NCBI GenBank assembly: GCA_964609585.1
Contig: CAZSRA010000001.1
Span: 287,290 to 351,289, forward strand
Length of the DNA: 64,000 nucleotides
Direction of reading: 5' to 3'
From: an uncultured Candidatus Saccharimonadales bacterium
Lineage (GTDB): Bacteria > Patescibacteriota > Saccharimonadia > UBA4664
In this document: in pieces, positions 35,037 to 43,593 of the stretch
Numbering within the stretch: position 1 is the stretch's first letter
How the letters are laid out: every line of letters starts with the position of its first letter
Translations under genes and position numbers: made by a program
The notes under the pieces: generated by a model
Told to the model about the DNA's origin: nothing
Database searches by the model: none
The model's input: the letters and a program-made list of their open reading frames with translations, nothing else

Positions 35037-35471
35037 GTGGAGGCAAAAACGTATAATCATCCGCATGAAAGCCTGGGATTTTTGCTCCATCAATCGGCTA
35101 TAAATTGGCGCCGGGGACTGGCACGGGAGCTGCGCGAGATTGAACTCACGCCAGTGCAATTTTTTATGCTTGGATCGACTTCGCGCCTGACTACCAAGGA
35201 TGCCCGTGGTCCGATGCAGCGGGAGGTTGTAGATAATACCGGCGTGGATGTGAATGTGGTGTCGCAGGTAGTGCGTCAACTAGCGGTTCGGGGATTAATT
35301 GAACGTGTACGTGACGCGCATGACGGCCGGGCGTTTCGATTGCGTTTGACCGAGGATGGGCGTGTGCAGTTGAAGAAAGCTATTCGACTGGTTCGAGGCG
35401 TAGATGAGCTGTTTTTCCACCATACGCTTCAAAAAGAGATAGTTGCTAGCGAACTCAAGAAACTTATATGA
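35037..35471 (+). CDS. MarR-family transcriptional regulator
   Basis: wHTH core LTPVQFFMLGS...REVVDNTGVDVNVVSQVVRQLAVRGLIERVRDAHDGRAFRLRLTEDG; GTG start. Confidence 0.7.
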   Translation: MEAKTYNHPHESLGFLLHQSAINWRRGLARELREIELTPVQFFMLGSTSRLTTKDARGPMQREVVDNTGVDVNVVSQVVRQLAVRGLIERVRDAHDGRAFRLRLTEDGRVQLKKAIRLVRGVDELFFHHTLQKEIVASELKKLI

Positions 35472-35482
35472 AAGGAGTGATA

Positions 35483-36394
35483 ATGGGGATGTACCCATTT
35501 ACTTTTTGGCCAAAAGGGCCTTTTGATCTTCTCAATCAGAATCAGTACTTTAACGGCTGGCCTACACTGGCGGGTGACGAGACGAGTATCGTTATGGCTT
35601 TTCCAGTGGAAGGCTGGGAGACGTCGGCGGCTGTGACGCTCCAGCAACAACCAGATGGGATGCTAAAGGGAGCTGTCTATGGTGCTTTGGACGAGGAGCA
35701 GGCAAAGCTTGCCCTGGCTCAAGGGCTGGCCGCATTGTCTTTGGATGTTGACGGTTCTGATTGGACCGCAATTGGTGAGAGGGATCCATACATTGGCAAG
35801 CTTCAGCAGGCGTATAAGTATATGCGTCCGACCCTGTTTCACTCCCCTTACGAGGCTGCTTGCGCGTTTGTGATTGGTCACCGGATTCGTCAACAGCAGT
35901 CGCGCAAGATTCGCGCCCAAATGGCCGAGCAATATGGTGAGGCTATTAATGCGCGTGGCCAAGTGGTTCATGCTTTTGTGCAGCCTCAAAAATTGCTCAA
36001 GATCACGAGCTATCCAGGCCTTAGCGAAGCAAAAATCATGCAGTTGCATGCTGTTGCCCAGGCCGCCTTGGATGGTTTGCTGGGGCGGGCATATCTGCGC
36101 TCGTTTGAGCCCGAGGAGGCGCTGGAGAAATTGCAGACGCTGCCGGGCATCGGTCCGTTCTTTTCTCAGGGCATTTTGTATCGTGGCGCTGGTGTGGCTG
36201 ATGGTGTTACTAGCGACGATATTAGCCAATATGCTATTCGCAAAAATTATGGTCTTCCAGATAGTGCTACGCAGGAAGATTTGCTTAACGTTGCCGAGGC
36301 TTGGCATCCCTACCGGATGTGGGCGATCGTGCTTATGCATGTTTGGCAACGCGAGCATAAAGATCTACCTATGCGCAAAGTTAGTAGGAGCTAG
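35483..36394 (+). CDS. DNA-3-methyladenine glycosylase II (AlkA-like), HhH-GPD superfamily
   Basis: HhH-GPD motif LPGIGPFFSQGILYRGAGVAD. I place the start at ATG 35483, with an AAAGGAG SD 5 nt upstream. An alternative ATG at 35468 overlaps the MarR stop (ATGA). Confidence 0.7.
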   Translation: MGMYPFTFWPKGPFDLLNQNQYFNGWPTLAGDETSIVMAFPVEGWETSAAVTLQQQPDGMLKGAVYGALDEEQAKLALAQGLAALSLDVDGSDWTAIGERDPYIGKLQQAYKYMRPTLFHSPYEAACAFVIGHRIRQQQSRKIRAQMAEQYGEAINARGQVVHAFVQPQKLLKITSYPGLSEAKIMQLHAVAQAALDGLLGRAYLRSFEPEEALEKLQTLPGIGPFFSQGILYRGAGVADGVTSDDISQYAIRKNYGLPDSATQEDLLNVAEAWHPYRMWAIVLMHVWQREHKDLPMRKVSRS

Positions 36395-36427
36395 TTTTTG
36401 GCTGGTCCAGATCCGTCGTGGGATAGA

Positions 36428-36742
36428 CTACTGATCTATTTGGCTCGGTTTCACGTTCTTCTGTTGCTTGGCATCATCTTTCCAGTTCCACCACAATAGC
36501 TTGTCTGGACTGGGATTATCTGTCTGAGCGTAATACACGGCGCAGCGAAATACGTACAGGATGCAGCGGTCAATGTGCGTACCAGACTGAGCCATTAGTC
36601 GCTCATACATATTTTCGGGGTCTTCTCCTCGCAGATCAGTTGGCTTTGAGTAGCCAAGGGATTGTAGATCACTTGCGATCGAGGCGCCAACGCCCGGGAT
36701 ATCGGTGAGATGACTGGCGTCGGCAAGGCGTAGGTGTTTCAT
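36428..36742 (-). CDS. Helix-hairpin-helix DNA-binding domain protein (104 aa)
   Basis: HhH motif LTDIPGVGASIASDLQSLGY. Confidence 0.55.
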   Translation of the reverse strand: MKHLRLADASHLTDIPGVGASIASDLQSLGYSKPTDLRGEDPENMYERLMAQSGTHIDRCILYVFRCAVYYAQTDNPSPDKLLWWNWKDDAKQQKNVKPSQIDQ

Positions 36743-36902
36743 AACTTAGTTAGTATACGCTTCTGCACGGGGCAGTCGTATTGGCAAAAATCGTCATTTG
36801 TCGATGTGGGGCTACCTTTTGATTAAAGCCAGATATAATGGATGTTATGAAAGCTATTATGTCTGAGGTGGATGGTTGGTGGGTTTATGCGCATGAAGAT
36901 GT

Positions 36903-37808
36903 GTGCGGGCCGTACTCTTTAGTCCAAAAGACCCGCAGCGCATGATTCTACCAGCACTTATTTTAGTATTTTGCTCAGCAATGTTGCACGTTACCTGGAA
37001 CGTAAAGCTGCAATCAGAAGATGACCCATTAGATACGGCAACAAAAGCAGTGACGTTTGGCATTGTGTTTTTGTTGCCGATTTTCTTTGCGTACTGGCTG
37101 TATCTTGGGATGCCGACTCTGTCGAGTCACGCATTGGTATTTTCTGGACTATCGGGTTTGGCTGAACTCGGCTATTTTTTCTTTTTGTCGTATAGCTACC
37201 GTCACGGGCAACTATCGGTGGTGTATCCACTAGCACGCGGATCGGCGCCGATTTTCTCGTTTGCATTTGGAGTGTTGTTTTTAGGGGAGCATATTAGCCA
37301 GTTGGAAGTTGTGGGTGTGAGCTGTTTGCTTCTGGGTATTTGGGCGGTAAGAGGCGCTGCTCTATCTGGCGGCAGGGGTGCTATTCCGGCTATTGTTACT
37401 GGAATTTTTATTGCTAGCTATACGGTGCTTGATAAGGCGGGGCTTGGAGGTACGAATCCGGTAGTATTTGGTGCTTTTAAGTACTTATTTACAGCTTTAT
37501 GTTTATTGATAATAGTCCCTTTGCGGCTACGATTCGGAGTGGCCGCAAGCTCCAGATCGTTTACGCATTCTTGGAAGAAAATGCTAGTGATGGGTGTGGC
37601 TATAATCGTGACATACCAGCTGGTGTTGTTTGCACTTACTATGGCGCCGGTGGCTATTATTTCGCCGCTACGCGAATCGGCGTCGGTGATGGTAACCATA
37701 TGGGGCATTTGGAAATTGAAGGAACGCGATAGGCTTGCGCAGAAGTTGATCGGTGTTGGAGCTATATTTATCGGAATAATTTTGCTCTCGCTATATGTGA
37801 GTAATTGA
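36903..37808 (+). CDS. EamA/DMT-superfamily transporter
   Basis: Ten hydrophobic helices in two EamA-like halves; the start could be M14 (36942, MILPALILVF). Confidence 0.65.
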   Translation: MRAVLFSPKDPQRMILPALILVFCSAMLHVTWNVKLQSEDDPLDTATKAVTFGIVFLLPIFFAYWLYLGMPTLSSHALVFSGLSGLAELGYFFFLSYSYRHGQLSVVYPLARGSAPIFSFAFGVLFLGEHISQLEVVGVSCLLLGIWAVRGAALSGGRGAIPAIVTGIFIASYTVLDKAGLGGTNPVVFGAFKYLFTALCLLIIVPLRLRFGVAASSRSFTHSWKKMLVMGVAIIVTYQLVLFALTMAPVAIISPLRESASVMVTIWGIWKLKERDRLAQKLIGVGAIFIGIILLSLYVSN

Positions 37809-37874
37809 TGACAAAGTGCATTTAATTTTCTCGGATTAATAGGACATGGTTTTTCGAAGCGATATACTGCGTAT

Positions 37875-38555
37875 ATGAATAAAGCAGAGCTTGTGTGGCG
37901 AGAGCGTCGCTCCAAGTTAGAAGCCATTGCCTCGGTGTGGACGTGTAACGCGTCCGAGGTGGCATCGCGCTCGGTGTTGGCCGATCCCTGCATTTCCCTT
38001 ATTTTCGTAACGGGTGTCGACAGTTCAGAGGTGTTCTTAAGAGGTCCCGAAACTAAACCGCGCGTTGAAATTCTGATGCCCGGCTATACCTGGACGGCTA
38101 TTCGTCTGCAGCCAGGGATACAGCTAAAGAATTTCCCAATCCAGCAATTTATTGATAATTCTTTATCGCTGCCGGCGGACAGCAGTGGACGATTTCAATT
38201 TGAAGGAGCTTGGTTTCAATTTCCTGACTTTAGTAACGCGGAGCTACTCATTGAGCGGATGCAAGCTTTGGGACTCGTGAGTGGCGATGCTTTGGACAGC
38301 CGAGAATCACCTAGACAAGGCATGTCGTCTAAGAGCTATTCTCGATTGGTCAAGGGCAGTACCGGGTTTTCGCCTTATAAGCTCTATCAGATCCAGCGCG
38401 TACACCGGGCATTGCAATTATTAAAACAAGGCACTCCGGCTACTGTCGTTGCCTCTGAGCTGGGGTTTGTCGATCAGGCACATTTAATCCGTGCTGCAAA
38501 GCAGTTTTTAGGGCACACGCCAAAGGAGCTTCTGAATTTGCCTCAAAATCCTTAA
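37875..38555 (+). CDS. AraC-family transcriptional regulator
   Basis: C-terminal AraC-type dual HTH (SYSRLVKGSTGFSPYKLYQIQRVHRALQLL...FVDQAHLIRAAKQFLGHTPKEL). Confidence 0.75.
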   Translation: MNKAELVWRERRSKLEAIASVWTCNASEVASRSVLADPCISLIFVTGVDSSEVFLRGPETKPRVEILMPGYTWTAIRLQPGIQLKNFPIQQFIDNSLSLPADSSGRFQFEGAWFQFPDFSNAELLIERMQALGLVSGDALDSRESPRQGMSSKSYSRLVKGSTGFSPYKLYQIQRVHRALQLLKQGTPATVVASELGFVDQAHLIRAAKQFLGHTPKELLNLPQNP

Positions 38556-38629
38556 ATTGTCCAAAATATCCAATAGTTATGGCTTGTGGTCCTGTAAAGT
38601 GTCCTCGTAAGCTAGGAAGAAGGATAATT

Positions 38630-39214
38630 ATGCGAAAAATAATTGTAGTTGAATTCATTACTCTCGATGGGGTTACGCAAGGACCTGGTGGGCCCGAGGA
38701 GGGCTTCAAATTTGGTGGCTGGAGTGCCCCGTATTATGACGAAGTTCTTGACGGCCTTGCCAACAAATACCAGCATCCAGCAAAAGATCTTCTGCTCGGC
38801 AAAACCACCTATGATGTGTTTGCTTCTTTTTGGCCTGAGCATGGAGACATGTGGCCTGGTATCGATGACGCTACAAAATACGTAATGAGTAGCGATCCTG
38901 TAAAGTCGGACTGGAAAAACACTGTCGTCCTGAAGAATCTTGACGATCTCAAAAAACTTAAGAACTCAGATGGCCCTGCGATTCAGGTGAGTGGTAGTAG
39001 CGTTATGGTCCAGACCCTACTGGAGCATGACTTGGTGGACGAGTTTGTGCTCATGATTCATCCTTTAACTCTCGGGCAGGGCAGGAAGCTGTTCGCCGAA
39101 GGTACTATGCCGGTGGCTTTTAAGCTGATTGAAAGTGCGACAACGCCGAGTGGCGTCATAGTTGCACACTACAAGCGTGCAGGCGAGGTTAAGACCGGAA
39201 TGATGGGAGCCTAA
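38630..39214 (+). CDS. Dihydrofolate-reductase-like protein (RibD C-terminal domain family), tandem paralog 1
   Basis: MRKIIVVEFITLDGVTQGPGGPEEGFKFGGWSAPY...; AGGAAGAAGGA SD-like purine run upstream; start at M18 of the tracked ORF. Confidence 0.75.
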   Translation: MRKIIVVEFITLDGVTQGPGGPEEGFKFGGWSAPYYDEVLDGLANKYQHPAKDLLLGKTTYDVFASFWPEHGDMWPGIDDATKYVMSSDPVKSDWKNTVVLKNLDDLKKLKNSDGPAIQVSGSSVMVQTLLEHDLVDEFVLMIHPLTLGQGRKLFAEGTMPVAFKLIESATTPSGVIVAHYKRAGEVKTGMMGA

Positions 39215-39218
39215 GTTC

Positions 39219-39827
39219 TTGAGACGAATAGTAGTATTTACCATGATCACTTTGGACGGGGTTATGCAGTCGCCTGGTGGACCAAAAGAAGATAATTCAA
39301 ACGGTTTTACTTATGGTGGCTGGACTCCGCCGTTTGCCGACGGGGCCTTACGAGCCATTATCGACAAGGAAGTGAATGAGCCGTTCGACATGTTGCTTGG
39401 AGCCAAGACTTATCGAGATATATTTGCACCGGGTTGGTCGAGGCAATCGGGCACAATTGCTGATGCCTTTAATAAGGCCACAAAATATGTCGTATCTGAT
39501 AGGCCCCTGGACCTTACCTGGAAAGAATCAGTGCTGATTAATGGTGATGTCGTGGCGAAGATCCAGGTTCTGAAGAAAACAGATGGCCCTATGCTGCAAG
39601 TGTGGGGTAGCGGCAATCTCGTTCAGACGTTGCTTAAGCACGATCTGATTGACGAGCTGCGGCTGAGAACATTCCCCATTACTATTGGCACTGGCAAACG
39701 CTTATTTGCCGAGGGGACGATGCCGGCCGCTTTTGAGCTTATAGAAACCGGAGCTTTGTCGAACGGTATTATCATAGCTAACTATAAACGGTCTGGTGAA
39801 TTCAAAACGGGAGCGTTTGACTTTTAA
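39219..39827 (+). CDS. Dihydrofolate-reductase-like protein (RibD C-terminal domain family), tandem paralog 2
   Basis: MRRIVVFTMITLDGVMQSPGGPKEDNSNGFTYGGWTPPF..., clearly homologous to paralog 1 along its length (…LLGKTTYDVFASFWP… vs …LLGAKTYRDIFAPGW…; …LIESATTPSGVIVAHYKRAGE… vs …LIETGALSNGIIIANYKRSGE…). Confidence 0.75.
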   Translation: MRRIVVFTMITLDGVMQSPGGPKEDNSNGFTYGGWTPPFADGALRAIIDKEVNEPFDMLLGAKTYRDIFAPGWSRQSGTIADAFNKATKYVVSDRPLDLTWKESVLINGDVVAKIQVLKKTDGPMLQVWGSGNLVQTLLKHDLIDELRLRTFPITIGTGKRLFAEGTMPAAFELIETGALSNGIIIANYKRSGEFKTGAFDF

Positions 39828-39838
39828 AAAGAGTATAT

Positions 39839-40411
39839 ATGCGCAAAATCATCTCGTTTATTCATAGTTCGTTTAACGGCGTGGTCACCGGCGACCCGGC
39901 CAGAGACAAGACCAATTGGATGGTTTGGGCAACCCCGCCGAATCCCGATTATCTCTCAACCGTTATGGAAACAGTCGATACCATTTTGCTCGGACGTGGT
40001 ACCTATGAGGATCTTGGAGCAGGCTGGCCGAACATGACTTCCCCATTGGCTCACAAAATCAATACTGTGCACAAAGTGGTGGTTACGGGTGACCATCCGC
40101 TTAATGAGCTTCAATGGGGCGATTTCGAGGCCCCGGTTCAGTTAATTGGTGGCCATATTGAAGAGCAAGTTAAAGCTTTGAAGGACCGTAAGGGCGGCGA
40201 CATTTTGATTTTAGGTAGTCCCGTATTGGTGAGAGCGCTTACCGATGCCGATCTCATCGACGAATACCAGATTAAGCTTCATCCAGTGGTCGTAACTGTG
40301 GGTGAGCATTTATTTGACGGTTTGAAGAAGCGGAAAGATTTTCGACTTCTGGAGGTGGAGGCTCTTGGCGATGGTGGCGTGCTCGTGAAGTACGCGAGTC
40401 TGTCAAAGTAG
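39839..40411 (+). CDS. Dihydrofolate-reductase-like protein (RibD C-terminal domain family), divergent paralog 3
   Basis: MRKIISFIHSSFNGVVTGDPA...ILLGRGTYEDL...LHPVVVTVGEHLF; same fold signature but more diverged. Confidence 0.7.
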   Translation: MRKIISFIHSSFNGVVTGDPARDKTNWMVWATPPNPDYLSTVMETVDTILLGRGTYEDLGAGWPNMTSPLAHKINTVHKVVVTGDHPLNELQWGDFEAPVQLIGGHIEEQVKALKDRKGGDILILGSPVLVRALTDADLIDEYQIKLHPVVVTVGEHLFDGLKKRKDFRLLEVEALGDGGVLVKYASLSK

Positions 40412-40469
40412 CTGGTGCGGGATAGTTTGAGGAGTGGGAGATATGTAACGGGTTCGTTACAATATACCC

Positions 40470-41060
40470 ATGAGAACAATTCCCCGATCAAGATTTGATG
40501 CCCTGTCGGACGCTGTATTTGCGATAGCCATGACGATTATGGTACTTGAGTTAAAGGTGCCCCTAGCTCCGGCAAGCCCTGACGGCCACGAGATGGTAAG
40601 GCTCCTGTTTGATCAATTGTCGGTTTTTATTTCGTATGCGGCAAGCTTTCTGATTCTTGCGCAACTATGGATGAGTCACAGTACCTTAACAAAAAACATT
40701 GAACATATTCCATCTCGTACTGCACAACTAAACTTTTTGTTTTTATTCTTCGTATGCCTCGTGCCTTTTCCGACGGCGCTGCTTGGTGAATTTGGTTTGC
40801 GCACGGGCGTAATAGTGCTTTACGCTATTATCCTTTCGTGCGCTGCAACGGCCTTGGGTTTTGTTCGTTTAAGCGTGTTGACCTATGAGTCGGCAAGAAA
40901 AGAACGTTTGCAGCTTCAGCGTCGCCGTATCGTTATATGCCTTTTTGTCTCACTATTCGGCATTGCGATTGCCCTTTTGGGCCAAATATCGGAATGGTTT
41001 TTGATACTTTCGCTTATGTTCGTTGGGGGTTCATCGCTTGCCTATCGATTCATAAAGTAA
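40470..41060 (+). CDS. TMEM175/DUF1211-family membrane protein (putative K+ channel homolog)
   Basis: Signature RFDALSDAVFAIAMTIMVLEL (RxxxFSDGVFAIAITLLVLE-like) at the N-terminus of a 6-TM protein. Confidence 0.7.
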   Translation: MRTIPRSRFDALSDAVFAIAMTIMVLELKVPLAPASPDGHEMVRLLFDQLSVFISYAASFLILAQLWMSHSTLTKNIEHIPSRTAQLNFLFLFFVCLVPFPTALLGEFGLRTGVIVLYAIILSCAATALGFVRLSVLTYESARKERLQLQRRRIVICLFVSLFGIAIALLGQISEWFLILSLMFVGGSSLAYRFIK

Positions 41061-41089
41061 TCCGATAACTGTATCTGTGGGAGGTTTAT

Positions 41090-41161
41090 ATGCGTGCCAT
41101 CCGACATGCGGGTGGTCGCCGAGTGCTTGATGAAGAGGAAGATACAACGATTAAAAAATAA
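41090..41161 (+). CDS. Candidate micro-ORF (23 aa, MRAIRHAGGRRVLDEEEDTTIKK) with strong SD
   Basis: GGGAGG 5 nt upstream of the ATG at 41090; followed by an intrinsic terminator at 41195-41229. Confidence 0.25.
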   Translation: MRAIRHAGGRRVLDEEEDTTIKK

Positions 41162-41194
41162 GCAGAGGGCAGCTATGAATTTCTTTAGACGACT

Positions 41195-41229
41195 ACCCGT
41201 CGACTCCCTCTTGAGTCGACGGGTTTCGT
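41195..41229 (+). terminator. Rho-independent terminator
   Basis: aCCCGTCGACTCcctcttGAGTCGACGGGtttcgt: perfect 11-bp stem followed by a T-rich tract; lies between the convergent TMEM175-like and patatin genes. Confidence 0.55.
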
Positions 41230-41234
41230 AGGTA

Positions 41235-42197
41235 TCAGCGCCAGAATTCGGTGAGACGGGCGGCGAGAGCTTTGCCCTGGTCGTAACCGGCATGTGCGGC
41301 GGGCGCACGTTTTGACGGATTCATGACATTCCCCCCGGAGGCGAATATGTCGCGGGCGCTGCCATCCGGGAAGATGGTTTCGACCCGACTGCCGTGGGTG
41401 CGGAGTTCGTCGACCTGGGTGGCGAGGTGCGTGCGCCACTCCAGCGGTTGCAGTGATTTGCCACTGAACGGCGATAGAACTAGCACGCGAGCGTAGCCGG
41501 CGGCCAGATCGGCATTCTCGGCATTAGAGCGGAAGCCGCCGTCGATGTAGCGGTTGTCACCAATATGATAGGGAAGGCCGCTGGAGCAACTGGCAGCGAC
41601 GGCATCCGCCAGGTTGACCCCGCCGCGAGAGTCGAACACGACTGGCTCGCCGGTTCGGGCATCGACCGCCGCGATCTGCACCGCTTGCTGCGGCCAGTGC
41701 TGGCTGGGTAGCCGCGGTTCAACCATGGCGCGCCACTTCGCCGACCAGGAGCCATCCGACGCCGCATCCATTTCGAGTGCTGCGGCGCCCAGTCGGCGGC
41801 GCATGTCGGCCACATTTTTTGCGGCGCCGATGATTGTGGTCAACCTCTCCAGGTGGTTTTGGCTCGTCGCCGGCTTCACGGGTGCAGATCCGAGGCGAGA
41901 CCCGGTCGGAGCTGTTTGTGGCGGGGGCGCGGCAATGGTGGTGGCATACAGTTCGGCTGGAGTCGCGCCGGTGATCTGGGCTGCGACCGTGGATCCGGCG
42001 GATGTGCCAATGATTAGGTCGGCCTTGGTGACGTCCAGCCCGCCGTCAAACAAGCCGGCGACGACGCCGATGAGCCAGGCGTTGCCGGCCGATCCGCCGC
42101 CACCGAGGACTAATGCCTGTTTGCCCGCCTTAGGTTGGTCGTGTTTATCGTCGGTTGCTTCGGATGTAATGTCCGTAATATTGCTTGTCGGTTTCAT
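41235..42197 (-). CDS. Patatin-like phospholipase (G+C-rich gene)
   Basis: Oxyanion GGGxxG (LVLGGGGSAGNAW), nucleophile elbow GTSAGS, catalytic Asp in YIDGGF. Confidence 0.8.
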   Translation of the reverse strand: MKPTSNITDITSEATDDKHDQPKAGKQALVLGGGGSAGNAWLIGVVAGLFDGGLDVTKADLIIGTSAGSTVAAQITGATPAELYATTIAAPPPQTAPTGSRLGSAPVKPATSQNHLERLTTIIGAAKNVADMRRRLGAAALEMDAASDGSWSAKWRAMVEPRLPSQHWPQQAVQIAAVDARTGEPVVFDSRGGVNLADAVAASCSSGLPYHIGDNRYIDGGFRSNAENADLAAGYARVLVLSPFSGKSLQPLEWRTHLATQVDELRTHGSRVETIFPDGSARDIFASGGNVMNPSKRAPAAHAGYDQGKALAARLTEFWR

Positions 42198-42398
42198 ATA
42201 GGTTCCTAGTAAATAATGTGTTTATGACAGGTTCCTCCCGATTAATTGGTGCAATTATAACAGGCGTGCAAATCAGGTCCTAGGACTATCAGATAAAATC
42301 CGAACTTAATAATGGCTTAACAGAGGTATAAAGCGAGGTTAACAAAAAATGACCCGATATTGGGTCTAAGTTTTGGCTCTGTAGGGCTAATAATTCCA

Positions 42399-42473
42399 TG
42401 GCTGGGACGGAGGGATTCGAACCCCCGAATACCAGGACCAAAACCTGGTGCCTTACCGCTTGGCCACGTCCCA
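42399..42473 (-). tRNA. tRNA-Gln (anticodon UUG), CCA encoded
   Basis: Minus-strand sequence UGGGACGUGGCCAAGCGGUAAGGCACCAGGUUUUGGUCCUGGUAUUCGGGGGUUCGAAUCCCUCCGUCCCAGCCA folds as a cloverleaf with anticodon loop UUUUGGU (UUG at 34-36) and T-loop GGTTCGAATCC. It is near-identical in the D-arm to classical bacterial tRNA-Gln. Confidence 0.85.
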
Positions 42474-42567
42474 TTGTGTGCCTTGATGGATTGGATAACA
42501 AAGATAGATTTTAGCTTATTCGCGTGCCTTGCGCAAACCAGAACTATTATGTCATAATTTTGGCATT

Positions 42568-43593
42568 ATGAACATTTCAACGCGAACGATTTTTAAAGTT
42601 TTGGGTTCGACGGCTCTGTTTGCGGGGGTTTTAATGGCGGCTTATGCGGTTCGGATTCAACTTGTGTGGATTGGTACGGCGTTTTTTTTGAGCATTGCTC
42701 TTAATCCACTCGTAGAAACGTTCCGGAAGGTGCTTCGGAGTCGTCAGCTGGCGGTGGCAAGCGTATTTGTGCTGGCGGGTTCGCTGGTGGCTTTTTTGCT
42801 TGTGGCTTTGGTGCCGCCGCTGGTGCACCAGACTGAGCTTTTGATTCGCAATTCGCCGCATTATACGGACGAGCTGGTGAATGGACAGTCCTGGGTGAGC
42901 GAGCAAATTCGAACTTACCATTTGGTGGACCGAGTAAGAAATAGCCAAAGTGAGCTGCTCAAGTACGCCTCGACGGCTAGCGGATCGTTTTTGTCGATTC
43001 TTCAGCAATTGTTTGCCAGTGTGGCTGCCGGCATAACGATTATCGTACTGACGATCTTTATGCTGCTCGAAGGACCGCATTGGACGGAGGCATTTTGGAA
43101 GATGGTGCCGCAGAAAAGGCGAGTTCATGGACGAGAGTTGGCTGCTGCAATGTATAAAGCGGTGGCGGGTTATGTGGCAGGTTATGTCTTGATGAGCGGC
43201 CTTGCAGGTATGATAACCGCAGTTTTGTTAACGATCTTGGGCGTACCTTATGCGGTGCCGCTGGGAATTTTGGTGAGTATTTTTGACTGGTTGCCGCTGG
43301 TGGGAGCGTCGATTGGGGCTACGATTGTGGTGATTGCGGCGTTGTTTAACTCTGTTTCGGCTGGCGTTGTGATGTTGAGCTTTTTCCTGGTTTACCAGCA
43401 GGTTGAAAATCATATCTTGCAGCCAATAGTGCAAGGACGAACGGTGAAGATGTCTCCCCTTTTGGTGCTAGTGTCGGTGCTTGTGGGGATTGGACTAGGT
43501 GGAATTTTGGGCGCGATCGTAGCGATTCCGGTAGGGGCGAGTTTGCAAATTTTGGCACGAGATGTGGTGCGTCGAAGGCTCGCTAGCAACTAG
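42568..43593 (+). CDS. AI-2E family transporter (PerM/YhhT-like)
   Basis: 8-TM protein with the typical AI-2E N-terminal pattern (…GTAFFLSIALNPLVE…) and conserved C-terminal helices; start at M14 of the tracked ORF. Confidence 0.75.
   Translation: MNISTRTIFKVLGSTALFAGVLMAAYAVRIQLVWIGTAFFLSIALNPLVETFRKVLRSRQLAVASVFVLAGSLVAFLLVALVPPLVHQTELLIRNSPHYTDELVNGQSWVSEQIRTYHLVDRVRNSQSELLKYASTASGSFLSILQQLFASVAAGITIIVLTIFMLLEGPHWTEAFWKMVPQKRRVHGRELAAAMYKAVAGYVAGYVLMSGLAGMITAVLLTILGVPYAVPLGILVSIFDWLPLVGASIGATIVVIAALFNSVSAGVVMLSFFLVYQQVENHILQPIVQGRTVKMSPLLVLVSVLVGIGLGGILGAIVAIPVGASLQILARDVVRRRLASN

Noticed and set aside
35663-36434. 231-aa minus-strand and 186-aa plus-strand ORFs overlapping the AlkA-like gene
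   Set aside because: They are alternative-frame artefacts; the AlkA frame has the HhH-GPD motif and an AAAGGAG SD.
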